From Edwardsiella phage vB_EpM_ZHS, in sequence record OM621816.1: a stretch of DNA of 32,000 nucleotides. One strand, 5' to 3'. The notes beneath the pieces are model-generated. The model was not told the DNA's origin and did no database searches. It saw nothing but the letters and a program-made list of their open reading frames with translations. The translations under genes were made by a program, and so were the position numbers. Below, in pieces: positions 16,201 to 24,487 of this stretch. Numbering within the stretch: the stretch's first letter is position 1; every line of letters starts with the position of its first letter.

Positions 16201-17077
16201 TGCTCTTGACCCCTTCCATGGAAGTGGCGCTGCGCTGGTCCTTCTGCCGCCAGCTCTCGATGGTCTGCTCGTGGCGCGTGATGGCATCCATGAGGCCCTG
16301 GGGCACGCGCTGGTAGTTGGCCGACTCGGGAATGGGCATGAGGCCATCCATGAGAGCCCGCACGATAAGGGGATCGGGCACGCCGGCTTCCTTGAAGCCA
16401 TGGGCACGCAGCACCGTGGCGTGGTCCTTGCCCACGGGCGGATACTGGCCGTCGTAGGCCGTGTGGCTGAAGGCCAGCCAGGCAAACTTGTCGATGCCCA
16501 GGCGCTCGAGTCGGTCGATGCTTTGCGCCTTGCTCAGCTTCATGAGAGGCGTGAGGATGTCGATGAAGCGGTCGTCTCGTGCCGAATAGCCGAGAGCTTG
16601 ATTGATGGCCTCCATCTGGTAGTTGATGAAGACCTGGCGGCAGTCCGGATAGTTGGCGTTGTCGGCCTCGCAGACGCCAGTCATGATCGTCTGTGCGCCC
16701 AGCACGGCAGCGCGATTCGCGGCGAGCGTGAGGAAGAGGGCGTTGCGCATCGGCACGAAAGTCTTCTCGACGCGGTCGCCGATGATGGCCGCCATGCTGT
16801 CGTGGTCCTTGTATTGCTCCAGCTCCTGGCTGGAATCGGTGAGCGGGCTCGTGCCCTTGAGGATGGGGCCGATCTCCACGAGTTCGTGACTGTCGACGCC
16901 AGCCAGGCGTGCGATGACGTAGGCGGCATCGATCTCGCGGCGGTGGCGCTGGGCATAGTCGAAGGTGACGGCATGCACCTCTCGGCACTCGCCGCGCGCC
17001 TTCATGTCCATGGCGATGGCAAGGCAGGTCGTGGAATCTTGGCCGCCGCTGAGGACGACGAGAACTTTCTTGGTCAT
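16193..17077 (-). CDS. queC: 7-cyano-7-deazaguanine synthase-like protein
   Basis: PP-loop VVLSGGQDSTTCLA; FVPMRNALFLTLAA; TGVCEADNANYPDCR; LTPLMKLSKAQSI; canonical C-terminal Cys cluster absent. Confidence 0.9.
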   Translation of the reverse strand: MTKKVLVVLSGGQDSTTCLAIAMDMKARGECREVHAVTFDYAQRHRREIDAAYVIARLAGVDSHELVEIGPILKGTSPLTDSSQELEQYKDHDSMAAIIGDRVEKTFVPMRNALFLTLAANRAAVLGAQTIMTGVCEADNANYPDCRQVFINYQMEAINQALGYSARDDRFIDILTPLMKLSKAQSIDRLERLGIDKFAWLAFSHTAYDGQYPPVGKDHATVLRAHGFKEAGVPDPLIVRALMDGLMPIPESANYQRVPQGLMDAITRHEQTIESWRQKDQRSATSMEGVKSNG

Positions 17078-17102
17078 GATGGAAACTCCGTGATGGGGAA
17101 TG

Positions 17103-17135
17103 AAAAAGGGCCCAGGCAGATATACCGGGGCCCTT
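17103..17135 (-). terminator. rho-independent terminator-like hairpin
   Basis: minus strand AAGGGCCC-CGGTATATCTGCCT-GGGCCCTT followed by TTTC; lies after the stop of the 326-aa gene. Confidence 0.65.
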
Positions 17136-17158
17136 GCCTCACTGGCCGAGCGGCCGTC

Positions 17159-18139
17159 TTACTTCAGGCGCTTCGCATCCTTCAGGATCGCGATGAACTT
17201 GTGCGCGCTCTTGTAGTTGATGCTGACGGTGTTTTCCTTGAAGTTCAGGCCTTCCTTCTTGAGCTGCTTGATGATGTCGGCCTCGCTGATCTCCAGGTCT
17301 TCGGCGATGAGTTCCTGGATGCGGGTGCCGACGCTCGCGCCGCCTTCGTTGGTCGAGCGCGTGCGGGCCTCGTCCTTGGCGGGCTCTTCCTTGTCCTTGC
17401 TGCTGCCACGACCGCGGCGAGGTGCATCTTCTTCTTCCTTCGCCGCCTTGCCGGCCTTCTCGGGGAGAAGCGACTTGATGCCGTCGAATTCGTAGTCGTA
17501 TTCCTCGCCGTCGTCGCCCTTGAGCAGGAAGCCCTTGTCGTCGATCTCGACGATCTTGCCGGCGATTTCCTTGCCGCGCTTGGTCACGAGCACGGCGCGG
17601 TCGCCCTCCTTCAGCTCGGGTTCCTCGGGCTCGGCCACCGGCTCGCTGCGGCTGCGGCCACGCGGCTTTTCTTCTTCGGCCACCACGTCGAGGGTCTTGC
17701 ACGTCTTCATGTTGAAGTCGAAGTAATCGCCGCCATCGCCCAGGTCGAGTACCAGAACGTCGCCGTCGATCTCGACCACCTTGCCCTTGACTTCCTTGCC
17801 ACGCGCCGTCACGCCGACGATGTTGGAGCCCACTTCGGCCTGCTTGGGCTTGTCCTTCTTCTCGTCGTCGGCATCAGCCGAGCGGCGGCTGCGGCGCGGG
17901 GCTTCTTCCTCTTCTTCCTTTTCCAGGTCGGGGAAGTCGACGATGGCTTCCTTCTTGTTCTTGGCCTTGGCCGCCGCGTTGTACCAGTCCTGGGCCTCGT
18001 CGCTCAGCTTGTCCCACTGGGGGTCGCCGAGGCTGGCCGTGGCTTTGACGAGTTCGACGAAGAACTTCTGCTTGTCGTCGCCGTCCTTGAATTTGACGCC
18101 GGTGGCTTTGCTGAGTTCGGAATAGATTGCGCTCTTCAT
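17159..18139 (-). CDS. hypothetical protein (326 aa) with two tandem barrel-like repeats and charged linkers
   Basis: VTARGKEVKGKVVEIDGDVLVLDLGDGGDYFDFNMKTCKTL and VTKRGKEIAGKIVEIDDKGFLLKGDDGEEYDYEFDGIKSLL separated by RSRSEP-type linkers. Confidence 0.7.
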   Translation of the reverse strand: MKSAIYSELSKATGVKFKDGDDKQKFFVELVKATASLGDPQWDKLSDEAQDWYNAAAKAKNKKEAIVDFPDLEKEEEEEAPRRSRRSADADDEKKDKPKQAEVGSNIVGVTARGKEVKGKVVEIDGDVLVLDLGDGGDYFDFNMKTCKTLDVVAEEEKPRGRSRSEPVAEPEEPELKEGDRAVLVTKRGKEIAGKIVEIDDKGFLLKGDDGEEYDYEFDGIKSLLPEKAGKAAKEEEDAPRRGRGSSKDKEEPAKDEARTRSTNEGGASVGTRIQELIAEDLEISEADIIKQLKKEGLNFKENTVSINYKSAHKFIAILKDAKRLK

Positions 18140-18217
18140 TTGCTGTGTGCTCCGTTAGTGAAAGCTGGTTGACTAGCCGAAATGGCTGGGGAAATATACG
18201 GGGGATTTTGGTGGGCT

Positions 18218-18796
18218 CTATTTCGTGAAGTGGTCCTCCACTAATTGCATGACGTCCATGCCTTCGTCTAGGCCCAGTAAGCGACAGATGCGCTTGCTGC
18301 CGTCCGTCTTGCGGCGGCCCTTGGCGCTCCAGCCACGAAGGGCTAAGTCGAGGATCTCCTGGGGGGCCTGAAGGAAGAGATTCACGACGGCTTGCACCTC
18401 GCGAGGTGCCTGGCGGATGGCAACGCCTAGTGCGCCATCGTTGTCGAGATCCCCCACGAGTTCGACTGCGTAGTCGGAGTCATAGCTCTCCTGCTCGCTG
18501 CGCGCCAGTAGCGGCACCATGGCGCGCAGCTTCGTGTCGTCGTTGGCGAGATCCGTGAGCTTGTTGTGCCACGCCATCTTGAAGAGCGCCATGAACTGCG
18601 GGGCCTCCACGCCAGGGTATTTGTGGGCCACGCGCAGGAAGGCGCAGCGGGCCTCCTGCATGGCGTCATCCATCGTGCAGGAAGCCTCGATACGCCAGAA
18701 GTTCGTCTTCAGCGAATTGACGACGAAGCCCTCAATGGGGCCCTTGAATACGGGTTCATACGAGCTGGACACGGCTTCTCCTTGGTTGGGGTTCAT
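18218..18796 (-). CDS. possible sigma-factor-like or DNA-binding protein (192 aa)
   Basis: MDDAMQEARCAFLRVAHKYPGVEAPQFMALFKMAWHNKLTDLAND resembles a sigma region 2 pattern; weak. Confidence 0.4.
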   Translation of the reverse strand: MNPNQGEAVSSSYEPVFKGPIEGFVVNSLKTNFWRIEASCTMDDAMQEARCAFLRVAHKYPGVEAPQFMALFKMAWHNKLTDLANDDTKLRAMVPLLARSEQESYDSDYAVELVGDLDNDGALGVAIRQAPREVQAVVNLFLQAPQEILDLALRGWSAKGRRKTDGSKRICRLLGLDEGMDVMQLVEDHFTK

Positions 18797-19127
18797 CTTC
18801 CACTGCTACGCGCGTGCGCTTGCGGGGCTGAGGCTCTTCATCGGGGGCGAGGGACTCCCGCTTTCGGCGCGGGAGGATGAAGGGCTCGGGCTTGGGCAGC
18901 GTCTCTCCAGCCTGGAGGCGCTTGAGGAGGTCGGGGATGTCCACGCTCATGATGTCGCGCACGGCTGGGGCTATCCAGCGGTCGACGCCATCGGTGACGC
19001 CCACGGCATCCCACTCGCCTGGGATGAGGTAAAGGCGCACGTCGCGATTGCGGCAGAGATCGTGGGCATAGGCGAGCAAGCGGCATCCCGCGAAGTCGCT
19101 GTTCATGTAGGTCTTCCAATTCGCCAT
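18756..19127 (-). CDS. hypothetical protein (123 aa)
   Basis: MANWKTYMNSDFAGCRLLAYAHDLCRNRDVRLYLIPGEWDAVGVTDGVD..., Arg/Pro/Glu-rich tail. Confidence 0.65.
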   Translation of the reverse strand: MANWKTYMNSDFAGCRLLAYAHDLCRNRDVRLYLIPGEWDAVGVTDGVDRWIAPAVRDIMSVDIPDLLKRLQAGETLPKPEPFILPRRKRESLAPDEEPQPRKRTRVAVEDEPQPRRSRVQLV

Positions 19128-19136
19128 TGGCGGCTC

Positions 19137-20153
19137 CTAGAGGGCTTGCGCCCATTCTTCTACTTCGTCAGGTGAAAGGGCCCCGCCGTCCTTGCTGCCG
19201 AAGGGTACGGCAGCCACAGTGACGTTGGGGAGAAAGGCTAGGTCTTGCTGCATCCGCATCGAGTCCATGACGGCGAGCCGGTCGGCATTGTCCATCATGA
19301 CGACCACGCGCTCGAATTTGTCGGAGGCCTCCTGCAGGAGAAAGGCCTGGGCGTCTTGGATGCTGTTCGTAGAGAGCGCCGTCGAGCGCACGCCGAAGCG
19401 GCGCCCATAGAAGTCCACCTTGAGGGCATCGAAGGGGCCTTCCTGCAGCACAAGAGCCTTGCCGCCACTCGAGATGGCGTCATGGTTGTAGAGCGTCGCC
19501 TTGGGCGGCAGGATGGATTCCTCGACCTCCAGGTCGCGATAGCGGATCTTGGCCTCACCAATGGCGCGGCCCGTCCACGTGACGAGGAGGCCGTCCAGGT
19601 AATAAGGCAGGATCACGCGGTGGCTCCAAACGTCTTCGACGCCAGCGCAAATGCCGTAGAGGCGCCCTAGCTTGTCGACGTCTCCAGCGCGGTCGAAGCC
19701 TCGCTCGTCGACGAGATACTCGAAGTGCCTACGCGTGCGGCCACGCGGCTCGACGATGCGAAAGCCTGGGTCGAGGTGCAGCTTGCGGCGCTGCACTTCT
19801 TCCTTGCGCCCAGTGCCGCCCATGCGCCCCATGAAGGCCGCCGCGATGGCGTCGAAGCCCTCGGGGTCTACGTAATCATCGCCAAGGCCCGCAATCTCCC
19901 TGGCCATGCCGTAGGGCACGCCAAGAAGCTTCATGATGAGGCGCAGGGGGCTCTTGCCGCTGTGCTGCCTGCGGTTACGCCAGCACGAATACCAGCCGGT
20001 CTCCCGGCTGAGCCCCATGTGCATGGAGGGATCCGCGGTGCCGCAGAAAGGGCAGCGGATGCCGATCTCGCCGCGCTTGATGTTGGCACCGCTCTCCGCA
20101 TAGGGGATGCGACGCTCTCGGAGAAGTTTCTCCCAGTCGAAAACGCGAGCCAC
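19137..20153 (-). CDS. DnaG-type DNA primase, GTG start
   Basis: Zn ribbon IGIRCPFCGTADPSMHMGLSRETGWYSCW; TOPRIM-like ALVLQEGPFDALKV and VVVMMDNAD. Confidence 0.82.
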   Translation of the reverse strand: MARVFDWEKLLRERRIPYAESGANIKRGEIGIRCPFCGTADPSMHMGLSRETGWYSCWRNRRQHSGKSPLRLIMKLLGVPYGMAREIAGLGDDYVDPEGFDAIAAAFMGRMGGTGRKEEVQRRKLHLDPGFRIVEPRGRTRRHFEYLVDERGFDRAGDVDKLGRLYGICAGVEDVWSHRVILPYYLDGLLVTWTGRAIGEAKIRYRDLEVEESILPPKATLYNHDAISSGGKALVLQEGPFDALKVDFYGRRFGVRSTALSTNSIQDAQAFLLQEASDKFERVVVMMDNADRLAVMDSMRMQQDLAFLPNVTVAAVPFGSKDGGALSPDEVEEWAQAL

Positions 20154-20155
20154 GA

Positions 20156-20329
20156 TTAGCCGCCTTTGTGGTCTTGAAGGAAGCGCATCCAATTAGGGAA
20201 GCCCTGCTCCTGAGCGATCTGATCCAGGGCTTCGGCGTGCTTCATTCCGGGAGTTGCCTTTTTTAGGTTCCAGGCCTTTTGCTTGAGGGCCTGGAGCAGC
20301 GGGTCAGGCTGCTCTTTTGGGGTGTGCAT
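20156..20329 (-). CDS. small hypothetical protein (57 aa), not in the supplied ORF track
   Basis: Manual translation MHTPKEQPDPLLQALKQKAWNLKKATPGMKHAEALDQIAQEQGFPNWMRFLQDHKGG*; fills the gap upstream of primase GTG start. Confidence 0.65.
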   Translation of the reverse strand: MHTPKEQPDPLLQALKQKAWNLKKATPGMKHAEALDQIAQEQGFPNWMRFLQDHKGG

Positions 20330-20332
20330 GGT

Positions 20333-20689
20333 TCAGCGCTTGAGGGATGCAAAGAATGCCGTGATAGCCTTACGGATAGCGAGCTGCCCGAGCTGCCCGA
20401 GTTCCCGCTGTTCGCCCAGGTACACCTCACGAGCCTGAAAGAGCTGCTGGATCATCCTGCTCTTGTCGAGGCCCAGCCTTGGCGCCACGATGAGAGCTAC
20501 CTCGCCGCGCTTGAAACCGACCGAGCTGCGCTCCAGCCTCTCCCAGAGCCCAGGGCTGAAATGTGCGAACTCACTGAGAGCCGCGCCCCCTCGGGGAAGC
20601 GGGTCGTCCTCGACCTCGAATGGATGAGGGACGTCTTGAAATTCGGGTTGGCTCTCGCTGAGCCGCCCCGTGGGCGATGGCTTGGACAT
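20333..20689 (-). CDS. hypothetical protein (118 aa)
   Basis: MSKPSPTGRLSESQPEFQDVPHPFEV...VGFKRGEVALIVAPRLGLDKSRMIQQLF; SD AAGGAG and promoter-like element upstream. Confidence 0.6.
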   Translation of the reverse strand: MSKPSPTGRLSESQPEFQDVPHPFEVEDDPLPRGGAALSEFAHFSPGLWERLERSSVGFKRGEVALIVAPRLGLDKSRMIQQLFQAREVYLGEQRELGQLGQLAIRKAITAFFASLKR

Positions 20690-20717
20690 TGGGGGATGCT
20701 CCTTGTGGATGCAGAGA

Positions 20718-20737
20718 TTATATAAAGGCTTTACTTC
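20718..20737 (-). promoter_or_regulatory. putative minus-strand promoter (-10 region TATAAT)
   Basis: minus strand AGTAAAGCCTTTATATAATC, 18/20 identical to 4889-4908. Confidence 0.5.
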
Positions 20738-22296
20738 TCATGCGCCGCCGTAAGGAAGAATTTTTTCGACGGCAGCTTCCCGTTGACGACGCGCTCATGG
20801 CAATCGATGCCCTCGGCGATGTTGGCGAGGATCCCGGCGTCAAGGCTCTTGTCCATGATCTGGTCGATGATGAAGACGCGGTGCTCCTGGCCTTCGCGAT
20901 GCGCCCGCTTCTCGGCCTGCTTGCGGATCGTGGGGCTCGTCGGCGTCTCGTAGAAGTCGATGTAGTGCGCCACCTTCTGGAGGCCGTCGGTGCCCGTGCC
21001 CCCAGCCACAGTGTTCATCACCAGCACGCGTGTCTTCGCATCCGTCATGAAGCGCTTCATGAGGCCCGCACGATCCTTGGTGCCGCCGTAGAGCCATTCG
21101 ACCTTGTGGCCCTCAGCCTTGAGGCGCTCGACGATCATGCGGCCTGTTTCCGTGTAGTCGTAGCACACGATGATCTTCTTCTGCCCCAGCTCGGCCACGA
21201 TGGAGACAAGGCCCTCCAGCTTCGGGTTGTGCTTGAAGTGGATGATGTGCTCTCCGTGCTCATCCTTCCACGCCAGGTAGCCGCTGGCTATCTGACGCAT
21301 GCGGATCCACTGGGCATCGAGGTTGCTGAGCACGCCGCCAGCGTTGATGAGCCCTTCCAGGGCGCGCAGATAGTGCTCACGCTGCTCTTCACCCATGTCG
21401 TAGACCTTGCGCACGTAGCGGCGCTTGGGCAAGTCGCTGATCTCGTAATCTTCATAGCGGATGCTCTTGTGCTGCAGCATGCGGTGCAGCTCGTGGTCCA
21501 TGCGCTTGTTGTAGCGGTAGACCACGCCCTTCCAGGGGTTGGCCTTCTCCGTGAAGAAGGCCGCGCGAAAGAGGCCCAGCGTATCGCCGAAGGTCTCGCC
21601 TTGATCGACGAGCTTGAACTGCGCCCACAGATCTTCGACCTCGGCGCCGAAGAGCGTGCCCGTGGCGGCATAGACAAAGTCAGCGCGCTTGGCGAGCTTC
21701 TGCATGATGCTGTATTGCAGGTTGTCTTTGTTGCTCAGCGAATGGCTTTCATCGGGGGCCACGAAGTTGTAGAGCTTCTGGGCTTGCCGCACGAGGCGCT
21801 CGTCGCGCTCCAGGCCGCCGCCCTTCTTCTTTTTGCTCAGCGCCAGGCGCAGGCCTTGGTAGTCGATGATCGTGGCCTCTCCAGTTGGATTAAGCAAGCG
21901 GAAGCGCTTCTCCTCGATCTCGGAGACGTCGATGCGGTTGGGCTCCAGGTTCGAGTGCTCGTCGACGGCGCGCACCCAGCTGTCGATGTTGATGATGCGC
22001 GGCACCGTGATGAGGGCGCGCTCGACGCGCTTCTCCCGAACGAGCTGCGTGAGAACGTCGAGGATGATCTTGGTCTTGCCCGTGCCCATGTCGAGCAGCA
22101 GCAGGAAGCGCGGCTCACAGAGGCAGATGTAGAAGCATACGAGCTGGTGCAGCCAGGGCACGGTCTTGAAGCGGGGCCGCACCTTGAGATAGGAGAGCTC
22201 CCGCTCGATTTTCTCAAGGGGGAGCTTCTTCATCCAGACGTAGCTATTGAGGTCGCGCTCCAGGTATTCGGCGACCGCACGGCGGCTAATGAGCAT
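20731..22296 (-). CDS. SNF2/SF2-type DNA helicase
   Basis: LLLLDMGTGKTKIILDVL; VPRIINIDSW; APDESHSLSN; YAATGTLF; VMNTVAGGTGTDGLQ; AHREGQEHRV; start MLISRRAVAEYLERD. Confidence 0.88.
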   Translation of the reverse strand: MLISRRAVAEYLERDLNSYVWMKKLPLEKIERELSYLKVRPRFKTVPWLHQLVCFYICLCEPRFLLLLDMGTGKTKIILDVLTQLVREKRVERALITVPRIINIDSWVRAVDEHSNLEPNRIDVSEIEEKRFRLLNPTGEATIIDYQGLRLALSKKKKGGGLERDERLVRQAQKLYNFVAPDESHSLSNKDNLQYSIMQKLAKRADFVYAATGTLFGAEVEDLWAQFKLVDQGETFGDTLGLFRAAFFTEKANPWKGVVYRYNKRMDHELHRMLQHKSIRYEDYEISDLPKRRYVRKVYDMGEEQREHYLRALEGLINAGGVLSNLDAQWIRMRQIASGYLAWKDEHGEHIIHFKHNPKLEGLVSIVAELGQKKIIVCYDYTETGRMIVERLKAEGHKVEWLYGGTKDRAGLMKRFMTDAKTRVLVMNTVAGGTGTDGLQKVAHYIDFYETPTSPTIRKQAEKRAHREGQEHRVFIIDQIMDKSLDAGILANIAEGIDCHERVVNGKLPSKKFFLTAAHEK

Positions 22297-22537
22297 GGGC
22301 GGCAAGCTCCTTGCGCTCTTGCTCTTCCGTCCTGCGGATATAGCCGTCATCAAAACGCAAGTAGCCCCCGCACAGAGGGCAAAGCGCTTCGTTGTTGGGC
22401 CCTGGGACGGGAGGAGCGCCGTGCCGGTCGTAGAACATTCTCGTTTGCACGACCTCGCCCACGTTGGGGATGGCATCGGCAAAGAGAGCCGCGCCCCAGC
22501 AGCGTGGGCACTTCAAGCTGAATGTGAACGTTTTCAT
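22286..22537 (-). CDS. zinc-ribbon protein (83 aa)
   Basis: MKTFTFSLKCPRCWG...ALCPLCGGYLRFDDGYIRR, two CxxC pairs. Confidence 0.7.
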   Translation of the reverse strand: MKTFTFSLKCPRCWGAALFADAIPNVGEVVQTRMFYDRHGAPPVPGPNNEALCPLCGGYLRFDDGYIRRTEEQERKELAAHAH

Positions 22538-22782
22538 GGCTTCTGTTCCTGAAGGCTGCGCCACCACCTGCGGGCGTCGCTCAGCTTGTAGTAGTTGCGA
22601 AAAGGAGAGGCCGTCGATCTGGCCTCACGAAATGGCTTGAGGCCGGGGTGGCGGCGCATGAGGCCTAGCAAGTGGCTCTCCGTCGTCTTTAGGCGGATGG
22701 CAAGCTCTGCCACCGTGTAGAGCGGCTCCTTGGGGCTGGGCCGCATGTTCTGCGCGCCAAAATTCCATTTCCAGGCTGTCAT
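22534..22782 (-). CDS. small helix-turn-helix-like protein (82 aa)
   Basis: LYTVAELAIRLKTTESHLLGLMRRHPGLKPFREARSTASPFRNYYKLSDARRWW. Confidence 0.6.
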   Translation of the reverse strand: MTAWKWNFGAQNMRPSPKEPLYTVAELAIRLKTTESHLLGLMRRHPGLKPFREARSTASPFRNYYKLSDARRWWRSLQEQKP

Positions 22783-22784
22783 GG

Positions 22785-24236
22785 CTACTCCTCGTCGTCA
22801 TCCTCTTCGCGCCGCCGTCTGCGGCCATTGCGCTCGCCGCGCTCCTTCATCATCTCCCAGTATTCACTGGCGAGGCGCACGCTGTCCAGGCAGAACTGGC
22901 CGATGGCGTAGGCCTGGGTGATGAGGGCCGTCATCTTGCCTTCCTCGTTACGCACTTTTTCAACGAAGAGGCGGGCGAGGCCCAGCGCATACTCGGCGGC
23001 CGTCTGGCTGAGCGTGAGCAGCACGTCCGCGGTGGCGAGCTTGCTGATGTCCTCGGCAATCATGTCGCCCGTGACTGTGGTGGCCTTCTCCGATTCCCGG
23101 TTGCCCTGGGTCACCGTGATGAGAGCCGCGTTACGAGCATCGGCCACACCCCGGAGTTCCTCGACAATGCGCCCGACTTCGTCGCGCTTCTGGGCCTTGG
23201 GATCCATGGCGAAGAGGTCGGGGTAGTCGACGAGGATGGCGTCTGGCGTGAAGTTCTCGAAGCGCTGCAGCCCGTCGAGGTATGCGATGAACTTGGCGAC
23301 CGTCAGGCTCTTCGTGGGGAAGGCCTTGATGACGAGGCGCCTGCGCTTCATGAAGCCGCTCTTGGCCTTGCGCGTGAGGAAGGCACGAATGTCGTCGTCC
23401 TTCATGCTGGGGCGCTCCAGCTTCTCCTCGATCAGCGCCTGGAGGCCGCCGTCACGATCCTTGCTGAACTCGGTGACGCGCACCTGGCCTTGGCGCCTGC
23501 TGATGGAGAAGAGGCTCTGCAGCATGCGAGCCGCATAGCGACGCTCGCTCATCTCCAGGGAGACAATGAGCACGCTCCAGCGGCTTTTGAGCGCTTGCTT
23601 GGCGCAGTGCGTGAGGAACCACGACTTGCCCTTGCCGCGAGGCGCCATGAGCATATAGAGTTCCTTGCGCCTGGGGATGATCCCAGCCTCGTCGAGCATG
23701 GGGATGCCCAGCTCGAAGCCCTCCTCCTCGGGTTCGTCGAGGATGGCGCCGATGTCCTCCATGGTGTCCAGGCGCAGGCCCATCTCGAAGCTCGTGGCTT
23801 GCGTGTTGAGGCTCTTCTGCATGGCGACCTCAGCATCTTCGATGCGGCCGTCGTTCATGGCCTCGATGGCTTCAGCCAGGCCTGACTTGAGGTTCTGCTG
23901 ACGCACGAACTTGTGGAGCTGCTGCACCACGTAGGCGCCATTCACAGAGTCCTTGCTCAGGAAGAGGTTGTCAAGCAATCGCTTGTACGTGGATGCTTTT
24001 CGAGCATCGTCGCCGTCGAGGATGGACTCGAGATGGTCGGGCAAGTGCTCCTTGATGGGCTCCCCGTATTGCTCGATGTAGTCCATTGCATGGCCCGCGA
24101 CTTCGCGGAACACGGTGCTCTCGAAGAGCTTGGGGCTGACGCTGGCGCAAACCAGCTTGCAGAATTTGTCGTCGAAGCAGAGCACGGAGAGGATGTTTTC
24201 CTGCAGCGTGCCCGTGAGTCTCTCGTCGTTGGACAT
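22785..24236 (-). CDS. DnaB-like replicative helicase
   Basis: N-terminal VLCFDDKFCKLV; P-loop MAPRGKGKSWFLTHCAKQAL; VLIVSLEMSERRYAARM; AILVDYPDLFAM; ALITVTQGNRES. Confidence 0.85.
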   Translation of the reverse strand: MSNDERLTGTLQENILSVLCFDDKFCKLVCASVSPKLFESTVFREVAGHAMDYIEQYGEPIKEHLPDHLESILDGDDARKASTYKRLLDNLFLSKDSVNGAYVVQQLHKFVRQQNLKSGLAEAIEAMNDGRIEDAEVAMQKSLNTQATSFEMGLRLDTMEDIGAILDEPEEEGFELGIPMLDEAGIIPRRKELYMLMAPRGKGKSWFLTHCAKQALKSRWSVLIVSLEMSERRYAARMLQSLFSISRRQGQVRVTEFSKDRDGGLQALIEEKLERPSMKDDDIRAFLTRKAKSGFMKRRRLVIKAFPTKSLTVAKFIAYLDGLQRFENFTPDAILVDYPDLFAMDPKAQKRDEVGRIVEELRGVADARNAALITVTQGNRESEKATTVTGDMIAEDISKLATADVLLTLSQTAAEYALGLARLFVEKVRNEEGKMTALITQAYAIGQFCLDSVRLASEYWEMMKERGERNGRRRRREEDDDEE

Positions 24237-24482
24237 TTAGGTGAGTTCGTTGATGCGTTGAGCCTGGCCACGCAGAAGCTTGGCCTTGCCGGAATACTCG
24301 ATCGTCTTCTGGCGATGATTGACTGCCAGCAGCCATCTGTTCTTGGCAAGCTCCTCGAAGGCCTTCTGTTCCTGGGCGGCCATCTGCTCGTAGTCTTCTG
24401 CGGTCTTGATGAGCAGCTCGGCGGCTTGCTTGCGGCCATGGCGCACGCCGTCTGGGTAGCCGTAACGGGGTGTCGTGGGCAT
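24237..24482 (-). CDS. hypothetical protein (81 aa)
   Basis: internal start MPTTPRYGYPDGVRHGRKQAAELLIKTAEDYEQ. Confidence 0.6.
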   Translation of the reverse strand: MPTTPRYGYPDGVRHGRKQAAELLIKTAEDYEQMAAQEQKAFEELAKNRWLLAVNHRQKTIEYSGKAKLLRGQAQRINELT

Positions 24483-24487
24483 CTTGC

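Noticed and set aside
16201-16485. N-terminal extension of the FolE ORF
   Set aside because: The extension (MPGWPSATRPTTASIRPW...) is an out-of-frame reading of QueC; FolE homology begins after MANPNMGDYKRYS.
16184-18172. 662-aa plus-strand ORF
   Set aside because: Antisense to QueC and the 326-aa gene; poly-Leu/Val/Ala translation typical of the reverse of acidic linkers.
20677-22521. 614-aa plus-strand ORF
   Set aside because: Antisense to the SNF2-type helicase, which carries clear helicase motifs.
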